Assembly (NCBI GenBank): GCA_013314855.1
Contig: JABUEW010000003.1
Span: 1-63,122, forward strand
DNA length: 63,122 bases
Direction of reading: 5' to 3'
DNA from: Bacillota bacterium
Lineage (GTDB): Bacteria; Bacillota; Clostridia; Acetivibrionales; DUMC01
How positions within the stretch are numbered: the first letter of the stretch is position 1; each line of letters starts with the position of its first letter. Both the position numbers and the translations under genes were made by a program. Positions 47,967 through 57,010 of this stretch are shown piece after piece. The notes below the pieces were generated by a model. That model made no database searches. It was not told the DNA's origin and was given only the letters and a program-made list of their open reading frames with translations.

Positions 47967-48758
47967 ATGAAGTATTCGGCTTGTATTGAAATGCTATTTA
48001 CGGAATATGAATTTACCGAAAGGATTAGAAAAGCAAAAGAGTGCGGATTTGAGTATTTTGAATTCTGGACGTGGAAGGACAAAAATTTGCCTCGCATTAA
48101 AGATGCCATAGAAGAATCGAAGATTAAAGTGGCAAGTTTTTCGGGCGATGACGAGTTTTCCATGGTAAATAGGGAAGAAAATGCTGAATATGTCAAGTTT
48201 GTTGAAAAGTCAATAGAAGCTGCAAAATCATTAAATTGCAATTACCTGGTGATTCATTCCAATGCCTTGGAAAAAGACGGTTCGGCTAAAGAGGTGCATG
48301 GAGTTGCTTCAAAAGAAGCAATGCTTATTAATATGTATGAAGTACTAAAGCAATTAAAACCCATAGCTGAGCGGGAAAGAATATGCCTTGTCCTTGAACC
48401 GTTAAATAGTATTGTTGATCATAAGAATTACTTCCTGGATACGCCGGAAGAGGCTTTTGAATTGATTAAGGCAGTAGATTCCGAGTATATAAAAGTACTG
48501 TATGATATATACCATATGCAGATAATGAGAGGAAATATAATTGATATAATTGTAAAAAACATAGAAAATATAGGATACATACACGTGGCAGATGTGCCGG
48601 GAAGGCATGAACCTGGTACAGGTGAACTAGCATTTAATAATATATTTAAAGCTGTTAAAGATTGCGGTTATCAAGGTATTATAGGTTTTGAACTATGTCC
48701 TGTAGATTGTTCTAGAACAGCAATTGATAAGATTATGGAAGTAATACAGAGAAGGTAA
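47967..48758 (+). CDS. Hydroxypyruvate isomerase (Hyi)/OtnI-like TIM-barrel protein
   Basis: MKYSACIEMLFTEYEF...GFEYFEFW is a typical Hyi-family N-terminus, with VLEPLN... and HVADVPGRHEPGTGE downstream. Start at ATG 47967 after aaggagg. Confidence 0.75.
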   Translation: MKYSACIEMLFTEYEFTERIRKAKECGFEYFEFWTWKDKNLPRIKDAIEESKIKVASFSGDDEFSMVNREENAEYVKFVEKSIEAAKSLNCNYLVIHSNALEKDGSAKEVHGVASKEAMLINMYEVLKQLKPIAERERICLVLEPLNSIVDHKNYFLDTPEEAFELIKAVDSEYIKVLYDIYHMQIMRGNIIDIIVKNIENIGYIHVADVPGRHEPGTGELAFNNIFKAVKDCGYQGIIGFELCPVDCSRTAIDKIMEVIQRR

Positions 48759-48843
48759 GATGTTTTATTGTACTAAAACTAATTAATTTTAAAATTTTAA
48801 TAAAATTAATTTTAATAGCTTCATTTATCGGAGGAATGTCATT

Positions 48844-49292
48844 ATGAAGATTTGTTTTAACCAGGCTACTACAATGAAATATTCTAATCTTAAGAAAGAT
48901 TTAATGTTATGTGAAAAATATGGTTATGACTTAATTGAAATCAGACTAGATAAACTTAAAGATTATTTAAATGAATTTTCTATAGAATCATTGGCTCATT
49001 TTTTCAATAACAGCAAAATTAAACCCTATGCTTTCAATGCCCTGGAGTTTGTTACATTATTTTTCACATTAATGATTCAATGGATATGCCAGCCGGATGG
49101 CTTAGGGACAGGCACAGGGTATGGCCTGGGGATGGGGTAATAAATCTTGAAGAAATTATTAAAGTATTGAAGAAAATTGGATATGACAAAATGGCTTCAG
49201 TAGAATTATTTAATGAAGAATATTGGGAATGGGACATAGAAAAGACCATTAAAACAGGTAAAGAAAAAACTGAAGCTGTACTTAAGAAATAA
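48844..49292 (+). pseudogene. iolI: Inosose isomerase (IolI-like) gene with an internal out-of-frame deletion
   Basis: The N-part MKICFNQATT...KPYAFNALEF and the C-part IIFHINDSMDMPAGWLRDRHRVWPGDGVINLEE...SVELFNEEYW both align with B. subtilis IolI. About 120 central codons are missing, and the junction (~49050-49056) changes frame. Confidence 0.65.
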
Positions 49293-49354
49293 AGGACCTA
49301 TTCTTTACCGGTTTAAACATTTTAAATTAAGGATATAAAGGATTGGTGATTTAT

Positions 49355-50011
49355 ATGAATAAAGATCTACCTGCCAGGAGTATATTCCCAAGCTCCACAC
49401 CAAGATATCCGAACCTCTGGATATATGTAAGCTGCAGAATGGTCGAGAACTACGATAAAGCATTGTATTTTGTTGTTGAGAGGTTGAAGGAATGTGCTGA
49501 AGTTTACAATGACTTTGAATGTTTTCATATAGCTGAAGGTTGTGATTATTTTACACGCAGAAGAGGACTTTTTCCTGTAGAATTGGGTGAAAGAAGCCAT
49601 GACCATGAGCTGCATCTCAGGTTCTATTCTGCACCTTTAAAACGTTGTAAGCCACTTGAAATGTTCGGCGATAAGTTTTACAGAATTGCAATAAGTGTGC
49701 ATTTTGAGGTGGACAGGCCTTCTGGATTACATGCATATGTAGACGAGTGCCCCATATGCGGATGTACCGGCGAATACGAGAAGTATTTCGGGGCTGAAAC
49801 AAGAGTAAAGAATGAAAATGTCCATGATCCGCTGGGACTTGACCTTTTGCTCTACGGTAAAGTAAGGGGTAAAACAACGCCTGTTTTTAACGGTATTAAC
49901 TTTTTTGAAAATTCATATAAGATGATTATTGAAGAATTTAAACCCTTCAGGGAGGATATGAATACTGCAAAAATAGGACAGGTATTTTTCCTGTCAAAAA
50001 CAGGTAGATGA
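49355..50011 (+). CDS. Hypothetical protein
   Basis: Clean ORF with no motif I recognise. Contains a Cys/His cluster (DECPICGCTGE). The start is ambiguous (GTG 49343 or ATG 49355). Confidence 0.45.
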   Translation: MNKDLPARSIFPSSTPRYPNLWIYVSCRMVENYDKALYFVVERLKECAEVYNDFECFHIAEGCDYFTRRRGLFPVELGERSHDHELHLRFYSAPLKRCKPLEMFGDKFYRIAISVHFEVDRPSGLHAYVDECPICGCTGEYEKYFGAETRVKNENVHDPLGLDLLLYGKVRGKTTPVFNGINFFENSYKMIIEEFKPFREDMNTAKIGQVFFLSKTGR

Positions 50012-50162
50012 GGGTAATGGCAAGATAATGCATCATCCAAAGGTGGAGAAAGGATAAAAATGGTAGTTCCTGATATTTGGGGTAAGGGGAGCATATTTGC
50101 CTTATTACCGTTGATACTGGTCTTTTATTCCCAGGATACCGTAGTAGGTATTTCCGGCAAAT

Positions 50163-50312
50163 ATGCCAGGCCTGTCGTATATATGGCACAAAGCTGTTAA
50201 TATGTTACTAAATGGTGATTACTATCCTTTTACTCCTTTCAGCAAAAGCAATGAAAAATGTCTGGTGCGGCAGTTTGACATATCGGAAACAAGTGAAGGA
50301 TTTATACAGTAG
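50163..50312 (+). pseudogene. Possible C-terminal remnant of a glycoside hydrolase
   Basis: MPGLSYIWHKAVNMLLNGDYYPFTPFSKSNEKCLVRQFDISETSEGFIQ*. The GDYYP(L/F)TP...W..QFD pattern resembles C-terminal regions of clan-D-type alpha-galactosidase-like enzymes. Weak, from memory only. Confidence 0.25.
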
Positions 50313-50332
50313 ATTGATAAAATACAAACGTA

Positions 50333-51952
50333 CTACTGGCTTCGCCAGGATATTTTTTTTCTGTATTCGCTTGGCGAAACACCCAGGTATTTTTTTAATA
50401 ACGAAACAAAGTGTTTCACATTATTATATCCCACCATGTATGAAATATCATAAATCTTTAGGGAGAAATCATCTAAAAGTTCCTTGGCCTTGTTAATCCT
50501 TATTTCGGTAAGATACCTGATAAATGACATCCCGACTTCCTTTTTAAAAACTTTGCTGAAATAACAGGGGGTCAACATAACTTTTTCCGATACATCCTGC
50601 AATGTTATATTCTTCGAATAGTTTCGATGTATGAATTCTTTTGCCAATTCCATGTCTTTTCTAACATCATAGTTATTGCTGTCTATAAGGTTAGCTGTCG
50701 AGAGCAAAAAGCTCGCAAACCATTTTTTAAACTCTTCCAGTGTTTCCATTTGGTTAAGATAGTCAAGAACGGTATATTTTGTACCGAATACATCTTCAAT
50801 ACTGTAACCGTATTCAACTAATATTCTTACGGGAATTTCCACAAACTGCAGCATAATGTCTTTTATTCCCAAATTATAAAGCATCCTGCTTTTTAAGACC
50901 AATTCGTTCATTTCTTCAACTGTCTTTTTTATTTCTTCAGCCATACCTGCCCTTAATATGTGTTCGATTTTTTGTTTATAGGCAAATAAACTATTATTAT
51001 CAATACTGCTTTTGTAAGAAGGTATTTCGCCGTAAAACAACACTTTTATGTTTTGACATATTATTGCATAATTTAAAGCGGTTACGGCTTCATTATAACT
51101 TTCAATTGCCCTGTTAATATAATCAAATGCGCTGCCTACGCCGAATGTAACCGAGACGTTGTACTGTTTATTAAGCTTTTCACAAGCATCCATGAGAAAT
51201 GTTTTAACACTGCTTTCATCATATGGATGGCTAAAGCCCAGAAAACCTGTTACCAGGTTTTTTCTATCCATAAATGATACAATACTTACAAAATCTTTAG
51301 GAAAATCTTCTTCAATTAATTTAACAATATTTTGTTCTTCGATATTATCAGCTCCATTTTCATTAGTATTTCTTGCAGTACTTGTATATTTATTATGAAT
51401 ATTAATTCTTCCAGCGTACATAATTATCTTTTTTTCAAATAAATTAATACCTTTTTCTGCACATTTTGCTAAAAATTCTTCGGGATTATCCAATATGCCT
51501 GATATTAATGTTTCCAGTATTTTTTTTCTTTCATACAGGTTAATTTCTTCCAAAGCCCTTGTTTTCTTTTTTGTTTCGTCTATTTCATTACATGCTTTTT
51601 TAAGCAAAAGCACAATTTCTTCTTTACCGAATGGCTTTAAAATATAGTTCTTAACATTAACTTCAAGAGCCTTCCTTGCATATTCAAACTCGTCATAAGC
51701 GCTCATAAGGATAACATATGTGTCCTTGTTAATTTTACTTATTTCCTCTGACAGTTCGAGTCCATCCATAACAGGCATCCTTATATCAGTTAGTACTATT
51801 TCAGGTGACGTTTTTGCGTATATGTCAAGCGCAGTCTTGCCATCCTGGGCAGCTCCTACGACCCGCACTCCCAGGGTATCCCATGGTAAGCTTTTAACAA
51901 GACCTTCCTGTACCCAGGGCTCGTCGTCAACAATAAGTATTTTTTTGAACAT
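50333..51952 (-). CDS. Response regulator, CheY receiver + AraC-type HTH (YesN-like)
   Basis: MFKKILIVDDEPWV...VLTDIRMPVMDGLEL receiver and a C-terminal AraC HTH (VSEKVMLTPCYFSKVFKK). Confidence 0.9.
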   Translation of the reverse strand: MFKKILIVDDEPWVQEGLVKSLPWDTLGVRVVGAAQDGKTALDIYAKTSPEIVLTDIRMPVMDGLELSEEISKINKDTYVILMSAYDEFEYARKALEVNVKNYILKPFGKEEIVLLLKKACNEIDETKKKTRALEEINLYERKKILETLISGILDNPEEFLAKCAEKGINLFEKKIIMYAGRINIHNKYTSTARNTNENGADNIEEQNIVKLIEEDFPKDFVSIVSFMDRKNLVTGFLGFSHPYDESSVKTFLMDACEKLNKQYNVSVTFGVGSAFDYINRAIESYNEAVTALNYAIICQNIKVLFYGEIPSYKSSIDNNSLFAYKQKIEHILRAGMAEEIKKTVEEMNELVLKSRMLYNLGIKDIMLQFVEIPVRILVEYGYSIEDVFGTKYTVLDYLNQMETLEEFKKWFASFLLSTANLIDSNNYDVRKDMELAKEFIHRNYSKNITLQDVSEKVMLTPCYFSKVFKKEVGMSFIRYLTEIRINKAKELLDDFSLKIYDISYMVGYNNVKHFVSLLKKYLGVSPSEYRKKISWRSQ

Positions 51953-51954
51953 AA

Positions 51955-53226
51955 TTACACAGCCTCCTGGTATATTTTCTTCTTCGCGGATTTATTTGTA
52001 GGAATTTTAAGGATTACTTTTGTGCCTTTATTATAAGTACTTTCGATATTAATGCCGAACTCGCCGCCATAGTGGAGCTTTATTCTCTGGTTAATGTTCT
52101 TAAGCGCATAGTACGCGTCTTTTGTGTTTTTCGAATTGCTAAAATCAATTAAGTTTTTCTTAATTTCTTCCAGCTTGTCTTCCTGAATTCCAATTCCATC
52201 ATCTTCCACCGTAAAAACCATTATGTCGTTTGCTTCCATGTACCCGTTTATTTTGATGCACCCCGGTCCGGATTTGCCCTGGATGCCGTGAATTATTGCG
52301 TTTTTGATGATAGGCTGAAGCAAAATATTCAACATTTCATAATCATACAGCTTATTATCAATGTTAATATTTACATAGAGTCTGTCTTTGTACCTGATTT
52401 TTTGTATGGTGATGTAATTCTCGATTTGTTCGGCAACTTCTTTAACAGTTATTATATCCTTCCCTTCGCTTAAAACCAGCCGGTAAAATTTTGACAGGGA
52501 TATGACCATTTTTTTCAAATCATCCATGTTTCCCAGTTCTATCATCCAAATCATGGACTCAAATATATTATATATAAAATGAGGATTTATATTTGCCTGG
52601 AGAGCCTTTAGTTCAGCCTCTGCAGCAAGGAGTTTCTTTTCATATAGTTCATTGATAAGTTTGTCTATAGTTTCAATCATAGAGTTAAAGCTTTCATACA
52701 ACTCTCTAAATTCATCTTTCCTTTTATCTGTAATACATACATCAAATTTTCCTTCCCTGGCTTTTTGCATGGCAGATTTTAAAATGGATATCGGCTTATA
52801 AATAATCCCTGTAATAATAATTATAAATATTGCACCCAGTATAAGTGCCATGAAACTTGCAATCATTATGTATTTTTTTATGGTATTAAAGGTTGAGAGC
52901 ATTTCTGCTTTATCAACAATGCTAAGAAGTTTCCAGTTGCTTATATCTATTGTGTTAAATAATACTATTAAATCCTTGCCCTTAAATTTAAGTTCAAGTA
53001 TCCCGCTTTTATTTGAAAACAAATTGTTTTTAATATCGCCAATAAAAGGATTTAAATCAGTTGCACTTATTTTTCCCTCGGCAGCTATAATGTTGCTTGA
53101 TAAAATTGAATCATCGCTATGCGATAATACCAACTCGTCTTTATTAATAATCAATACTTCTTGGGAAGAATACAATTTTATATATCTCTTAAGGCTTCCG
53201 CTATTACTGATTCTTGTAGGGAGATA
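51955..53226 (-). pseudogene. YesM-type sensor histidine kinase lacking its 5' end
   Basis: HAMP, H-box (NPHFIYNIFESM) and the ATPase domain are intact. Only one TM and ~100 aa of the sensor domain remain. The frame opens right after a stop at 53227-53229 and has only a TTG at 53175. The full-length paralogue is 586 aa. Confidence 0.7.
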
Positions 53227-53314
53227 TTAACAACTCCCAGCGGTTCGCCAAAATAATTCCTTAGCTTTTAGACTTGAACTTGACATATGCTTGTTGTGAA
53301 TGTTAGACTTTTAA

Positions 53315-53328
53315 TGTAAACGTTTTGG
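53315..53328. promoter_or_regulatory. cre-like / LacI-type operator upstream of the LacI-family gene
   Basis: tgtaaacgttttgg has the same GTAAACGTTT core as the sites at 187-200 and 44793-44806. A TATAAT follows at 53335-53340. Confidence 0.4.
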
Positions 53329-53376
53329 AACTTTTATAATGAGCTTCTGCTTTATTCTAAGGGGGAGAAAATATTA

Positions 53377-54375
53377 ATGGCTGTTACACTTAAAGATATT
53401 GCAAAAGTGGCGGGGGTTTCTTATGCTACTGTATCAAGGGCTTTAAGCAACCATCCTGATGTAAACGATGAAACACGAGAAAGGATTAAAAAAATTGCAA
53501 AGGAAATGAATTATGTTCCAGATCCTTCGGCAAGGGGTTTAAAGGGTAAAAATACTAATATGATAGGACTAATTGTACCTGATATATCCAATCCCTTTTT
53601 TGCAGAACTTGCCCTGGGGGTAGAATCTTTTGCAAATGAAAACGGTTATTGTGTATTTCTCTGTAATACAAACTGGGACTATGAACGGGAGAAAACATAT
53701 GTAGATGTTTTAAATTCAAAAAGAGTTGACGGGATAATTATTTCTTCAGTAATAGAAATGGCAAGTCATCATACGGACTTATCAATTCCAATGGTATATG
53801 TTACAGAAGGACCAAAGCATGACGACATTTATTACGTGGGTATAGACAATAAAATGGGAGCTGTGATAACTGTCGAATATCTTATTAAACTTGGCCACAA
53901 GAATATTGTATATATAGGAGGTTCGGAAAAAACAAGCACTAATAGAGAAAGGTTTGAAGGCTATAAAGAAGCTATGATTAAACACGGTTTTACGGTTGAT
54001 GCTAATATCCAAACGTTTAACAGTTTTAGCCGTGAAAGTGGATATAAGGCTACGATGGAAATCCTGATTAACAGGAAAATTCCTACTGCAGTATTTGCAG
54101 TAAATGATATAGTAGCTTTAGGTGTAATACAAGCTATAGAAGAATTTGGGCTAAATGTTCCCAAAGATATATCTGTTGCCGGGTTTGATGATATATCATT
54201 TTCATCCATGCATAGGATAAAACTGACAACTGTTTGCCAGCCAAAGTTTGAAATGGGGAGAATGTGTACCGAGCTTCTTCTAAAGCTGATTAAAGGACAG
54301 GAAGTGCCAAGAAAATTCAATATTCTCCAACCGAGCCTGGCAATAAGAAACACGTGCAGCGCATTAAAAGGTTAA
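53377..54375 (+). CDS. LacI-family transcriptional regulator
   Basis: N-terminal HTH VTLKDIAKVAGVSYATVSRALSN and a periplasmic-binding-fold C-terminus. Confidence 0.9.
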   Translation: MAVTLKDIAKVAGVSYATVSRALSNHPDVNDETRERIKKIAKEMNYVPDPSARGLKGKNTNMIGLIVPDISNPFFAELALGVESFANENGYCVFLCNTNWDYEREKTYVDVLNSKRVDGIIISSVIEMASHHTDLSIPMVYVTEGPKHDDIYYVGIDNKMGAVITVEYLIKLGHKNIVYIGGSEKTSTNRERFEGYKEAMIKHGFTVDANIQTFNSFSRESGYKATMEILINRKIPTAVFAVNDIVALGVIQAIEEFGLNVPKDISVAGFDDISFSSMHRIKLTTVCQPKFEMGRMCTELLLKLIKGQEVPRKFNILQPSLAIRNTCSALKG

Positions 54376-54412
54376 AAGGAAAGGCAAGGCTAAGCAAACC
54401 TAAATAATGAAC

Positions 54413-55669
54413 CTAATACTTGACTCCTGCAGCAATCTTCACTTTTTCCTGGTGGGCAGCATCTACTGCTCCATCTACGTGACGTGTACTGTTTCTAAAA
54501 TGTATATCAAAGTGTCCGGGGAAATTATTATTTTCTATATAGGAAATATCATGAGGCATAGATGTCATTGACGCTGCTATTTTCCTATTATCCACCTCAA
54601 CAATTATTGCGCGGGTAACCCATGAGTAACTGCCGCCCCATAGCGTTTTTATTACATTTGAATCTAGAGATGATAAAGGCTCACAGTCAGCGTGGTTTGC
54701 TCCCACTGTCCTTTTAATTTTAAAGGTATTTCCCGTAATGAAGTCCCTGACCACCGCGGTTTTCCCTATAGGGAACAGGTATTGGGCTTCTGTCCACCAG
54801 TCGAGGTATTCACCGTACTGGGGTCCTGGTGTAGGTTTAACCGGAATTTTATGCACAGGTATTTTTAGCTTTTGTCCTATCATTAATATACTGGATTCCG
54901 ACAGTCCATTGGCATTAAGAATTTCATATTGAGGAATTCCGTATTTAATACTTATACTCCAAACAGTATCTCCGGATTGAACAGTATGGGTGATATACGA
55001 CACTTCCGGTACCTGGGGCAAATATGGGATATACAGGATTTGTCCAATATATATTAAATGCCCCTCCAAACCGTTGAAGAGCTTTATTTTTTCAATAGAA
55101 GTATTATATTTTAATGATAATTGCCATAAAGTGTCACCGGACACAACCCTGTACTTTATACAACTTGCAGGAATCCGTAGTACCTGGTCGATATATATAA
55201 TATCACTGGAAAGCATGTTGAGAATTTTAATATTTTCAATAGATGTCCCAAAGTATTCTGCCAACATGGAAAGAGTATCTCCTGCCTTAACCTTGTAGTT
55301 AATATTTTTTATACCGGGGCCGGTATCTGCAGGAATTTTTAATGATTGCCCTACATAAATTGTTGTACTTTTTAGATTATTAAGTGAAATAATTTCATTT
55401 ACTGTAGTATTAAACTTGTTTGCTATCAGCCAAAGACTATCTCCGGCAACAACCGTATAAATAAAATAATCGTCTTCGCCTGATGCTACAGTAGTAGTTG
55501 ATACTGCGATAGAAGGACTGGAAGCTCCTGAATTAATACAGGGCACCATAAAGCATACTAATATTGCAATGAATAATTTGCAAACTTGTTTAAACATACT
55601 TATATAATTCATATAAAGGTATTCATCTTTGTACTTATTTTTTTGCTCCCCATTAGTTATCTTCATCAT
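54413..55669 (-). CDS. Secreted protein with four LysM repeats and an uncharacterised His/Asp-rich C-terminal domain
   Basis: Four Y.V..GD(S/T)LW.(I/L)...IY.GQ.L.IP units. The C-terminal ~135 aa carry NHADCEP and GHFDIHF. The true start is probably an internal Met before the signal-like segment. Confidence 0.8.
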   Translation of the reverse strand: MMKITNGEQKNKYKDEYLYMNYISMFKQVCKLFIAILVCFMVPCINSGASSPSIAVSTTTVASGEDDYFIYTVVAGDSLWLIANKFNTTVNEIISLNNLKSTTIYVGQSLKIPADTGPGIKNINYKVKAGDTLSMLAEYFGTSIENIKILNMLSSDIIYIDQVLRIPASCIKYRVVSGDTLWQLSLKYNTSIEKIKLFNGLEGHLIYIGQILYIPYLPQVPEVSYITHTVQSGDTVWSISIKYGIPQYEILNANGLSESSILMIGQKLKIPVHKIPVKPTPGPQYGEYLDWWTEAQYLFPIGKTAVVRDFITGNTFKIKRTVGANHADCEPLSSLDSNVIKTLWGGSYSWVTRAIIVEVDNRKIAASMTSMPHDISYIENNNFPGHFDIHFRNSTRHVDGAVDAAHQEKVKIAAGVKY

Positions 55670-55956
55670 CGTATTATAATCCTATTCCTTATTATTAATA
55701 GATTTATATTTATTTTTTATTACAAAGATAAAAAATATGAATGTTAATTTATGGTAACAGACATAATGTTATGATTTGTTATATTTTGTAGTGTTAATAC
55801 AGTATACCAAGATGTATATTGTTACAAAGGCCGGTAACATCCCATTTGAAATTGTCATATATTGTATGGGTAAAGGTAAAGGGCATTAAAACCGCTAAGA
55901 TTCAATACCTAAAAGTCCAATAGTATATGGACGATGATAAGAAGGGAGTAATAAAT

Positions 55957-56649
55957 ATGGTCTTTTCAATATGTATACTTGCATTATCTTTAAGTATTGA
56001 CGCTTTGGGAGTTGGAATGACTTATGGGTTGAGGAAAGTTAAAATACCTTTACTGTCTGCTATTATTATCTGTATGTTTTCCATATTATATTCAGGAGCT
56101 GCCATTTTCCTCGGTAAATACCTGTCTTATACTATACCGCCAAAGATATCAAAGCTATTAGGTATTATCATCTTAATAATTATGGGATGCTGGATTATTC
56201 TTCAGAGCTTAATAAAGAATAAAGGTAAAGATACCTTGGAAATGGGCAACAATGACCAGTATAACCATGATAAGATGAATAGCCGGGATAAAACATTATT
56301 GAAAATTGTAATAAAGTCACTGGGCATTACAATACAGGTACTTCGGAACCCTTCCGAATGTGATATAGATAAATCAGGTATTATAGATATAAAAGAATCT
56401 TTATTGCTTGGTCTTGCATTGTCAGTGGATGCTGTAGGTGTGGGCATAGGAAGCGCACTTTCCGGATTTCATTCATCGATTATACCGTTTGCAGTTGGAC
56501 TATTTCAAATGGTATTACTACGTCTTGGGACCTGCATAGGTAACCGTCTGGGTGAGAATCTGGCAGATACAGGAAAAGTGAAAGAGAAATTCATGGCAAT
56601 TATTCCCGGAATTTTGCTAATAATATTAGCTATTATAAGGACTTATTAA
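55957..56649 (+). CDS. ytaF: Sporulation membrane protein YtaF (MntP-like)
   Basis: LALSLSIDALGVGMTYGLRKVKIP and the internal repeat LGLALSVDAVGVGIGS. Start moved to ATG 55957 after aagggag. Confidence 0.7.
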   Translation: MVFSICILALSLSIDALGVGMTYGLRKVKIPLLSAIIICMFSILYSGAAIFLGKYLSYTIPPKISKLLGIIILIIMGCWIILQSLIKNKGKDTLEMGNNDQYNHDKMNSRDKTLLKIVIKSLGITIQVLRNPSECDIDKSGIIDIKESLLLGLALSVDAVGVGIGSALSGFHSSIIPFAVGLFQMVLLRLGTCIGNRLGENLADTGKVKEKFMAIIPGILLIILAIIRTY

Positions 56650-56662
56650 AATTGATAACACC

Positions 56663-56922
56663 AGCCCGGGGGCGCATTTTTTTATATATGACCCATATAA
56701 TGACAGAAACATTGCGGAAGGTCTCATAGAGCCTGTTAATCCGACGAGGGATAAGCAAATCAACTGTTTGAGCAAAATAATTACATTGATGTGCTATTAA
56801 ATTTTATTCAAAATTATTTTGCGAGTTTGATTTGCCCCGAAGTGAATTTACAGGCTCTAGAGGCCTGGAGCACCGTTTCTGGAATATAATGGGTCATGGG
56901 AAGAAAATGCGCCCCCAGCCCG
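56663..56922. repeat. ~260-bp imperfect foldback (two inverted ~125-bp arms), MITE-like
   Basis: The left arm agcccgggggcgcattttt...atgacccat...cagaaac...tagagcctgttaat...caaatcaa...caaaataatt is mirrored, with mismatches and indels, by the reverse complement of 56811-56922. Confidence 0.6.
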
Positions 56923-57010
56923 ATTACAAAAGATTGGTTGATATTTGTATCATAAATATTATAAAATAAAAGCATATGAATGTAATTGAGTATACAAAGG
57001 AGGTTATTTT

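Noticed and set aside
50212-50496. Plus-strand 94-aa ORF.
   Set aside because: It is largely antisense to the 3' end of the well-supported response-regulator gene, with no RBS.
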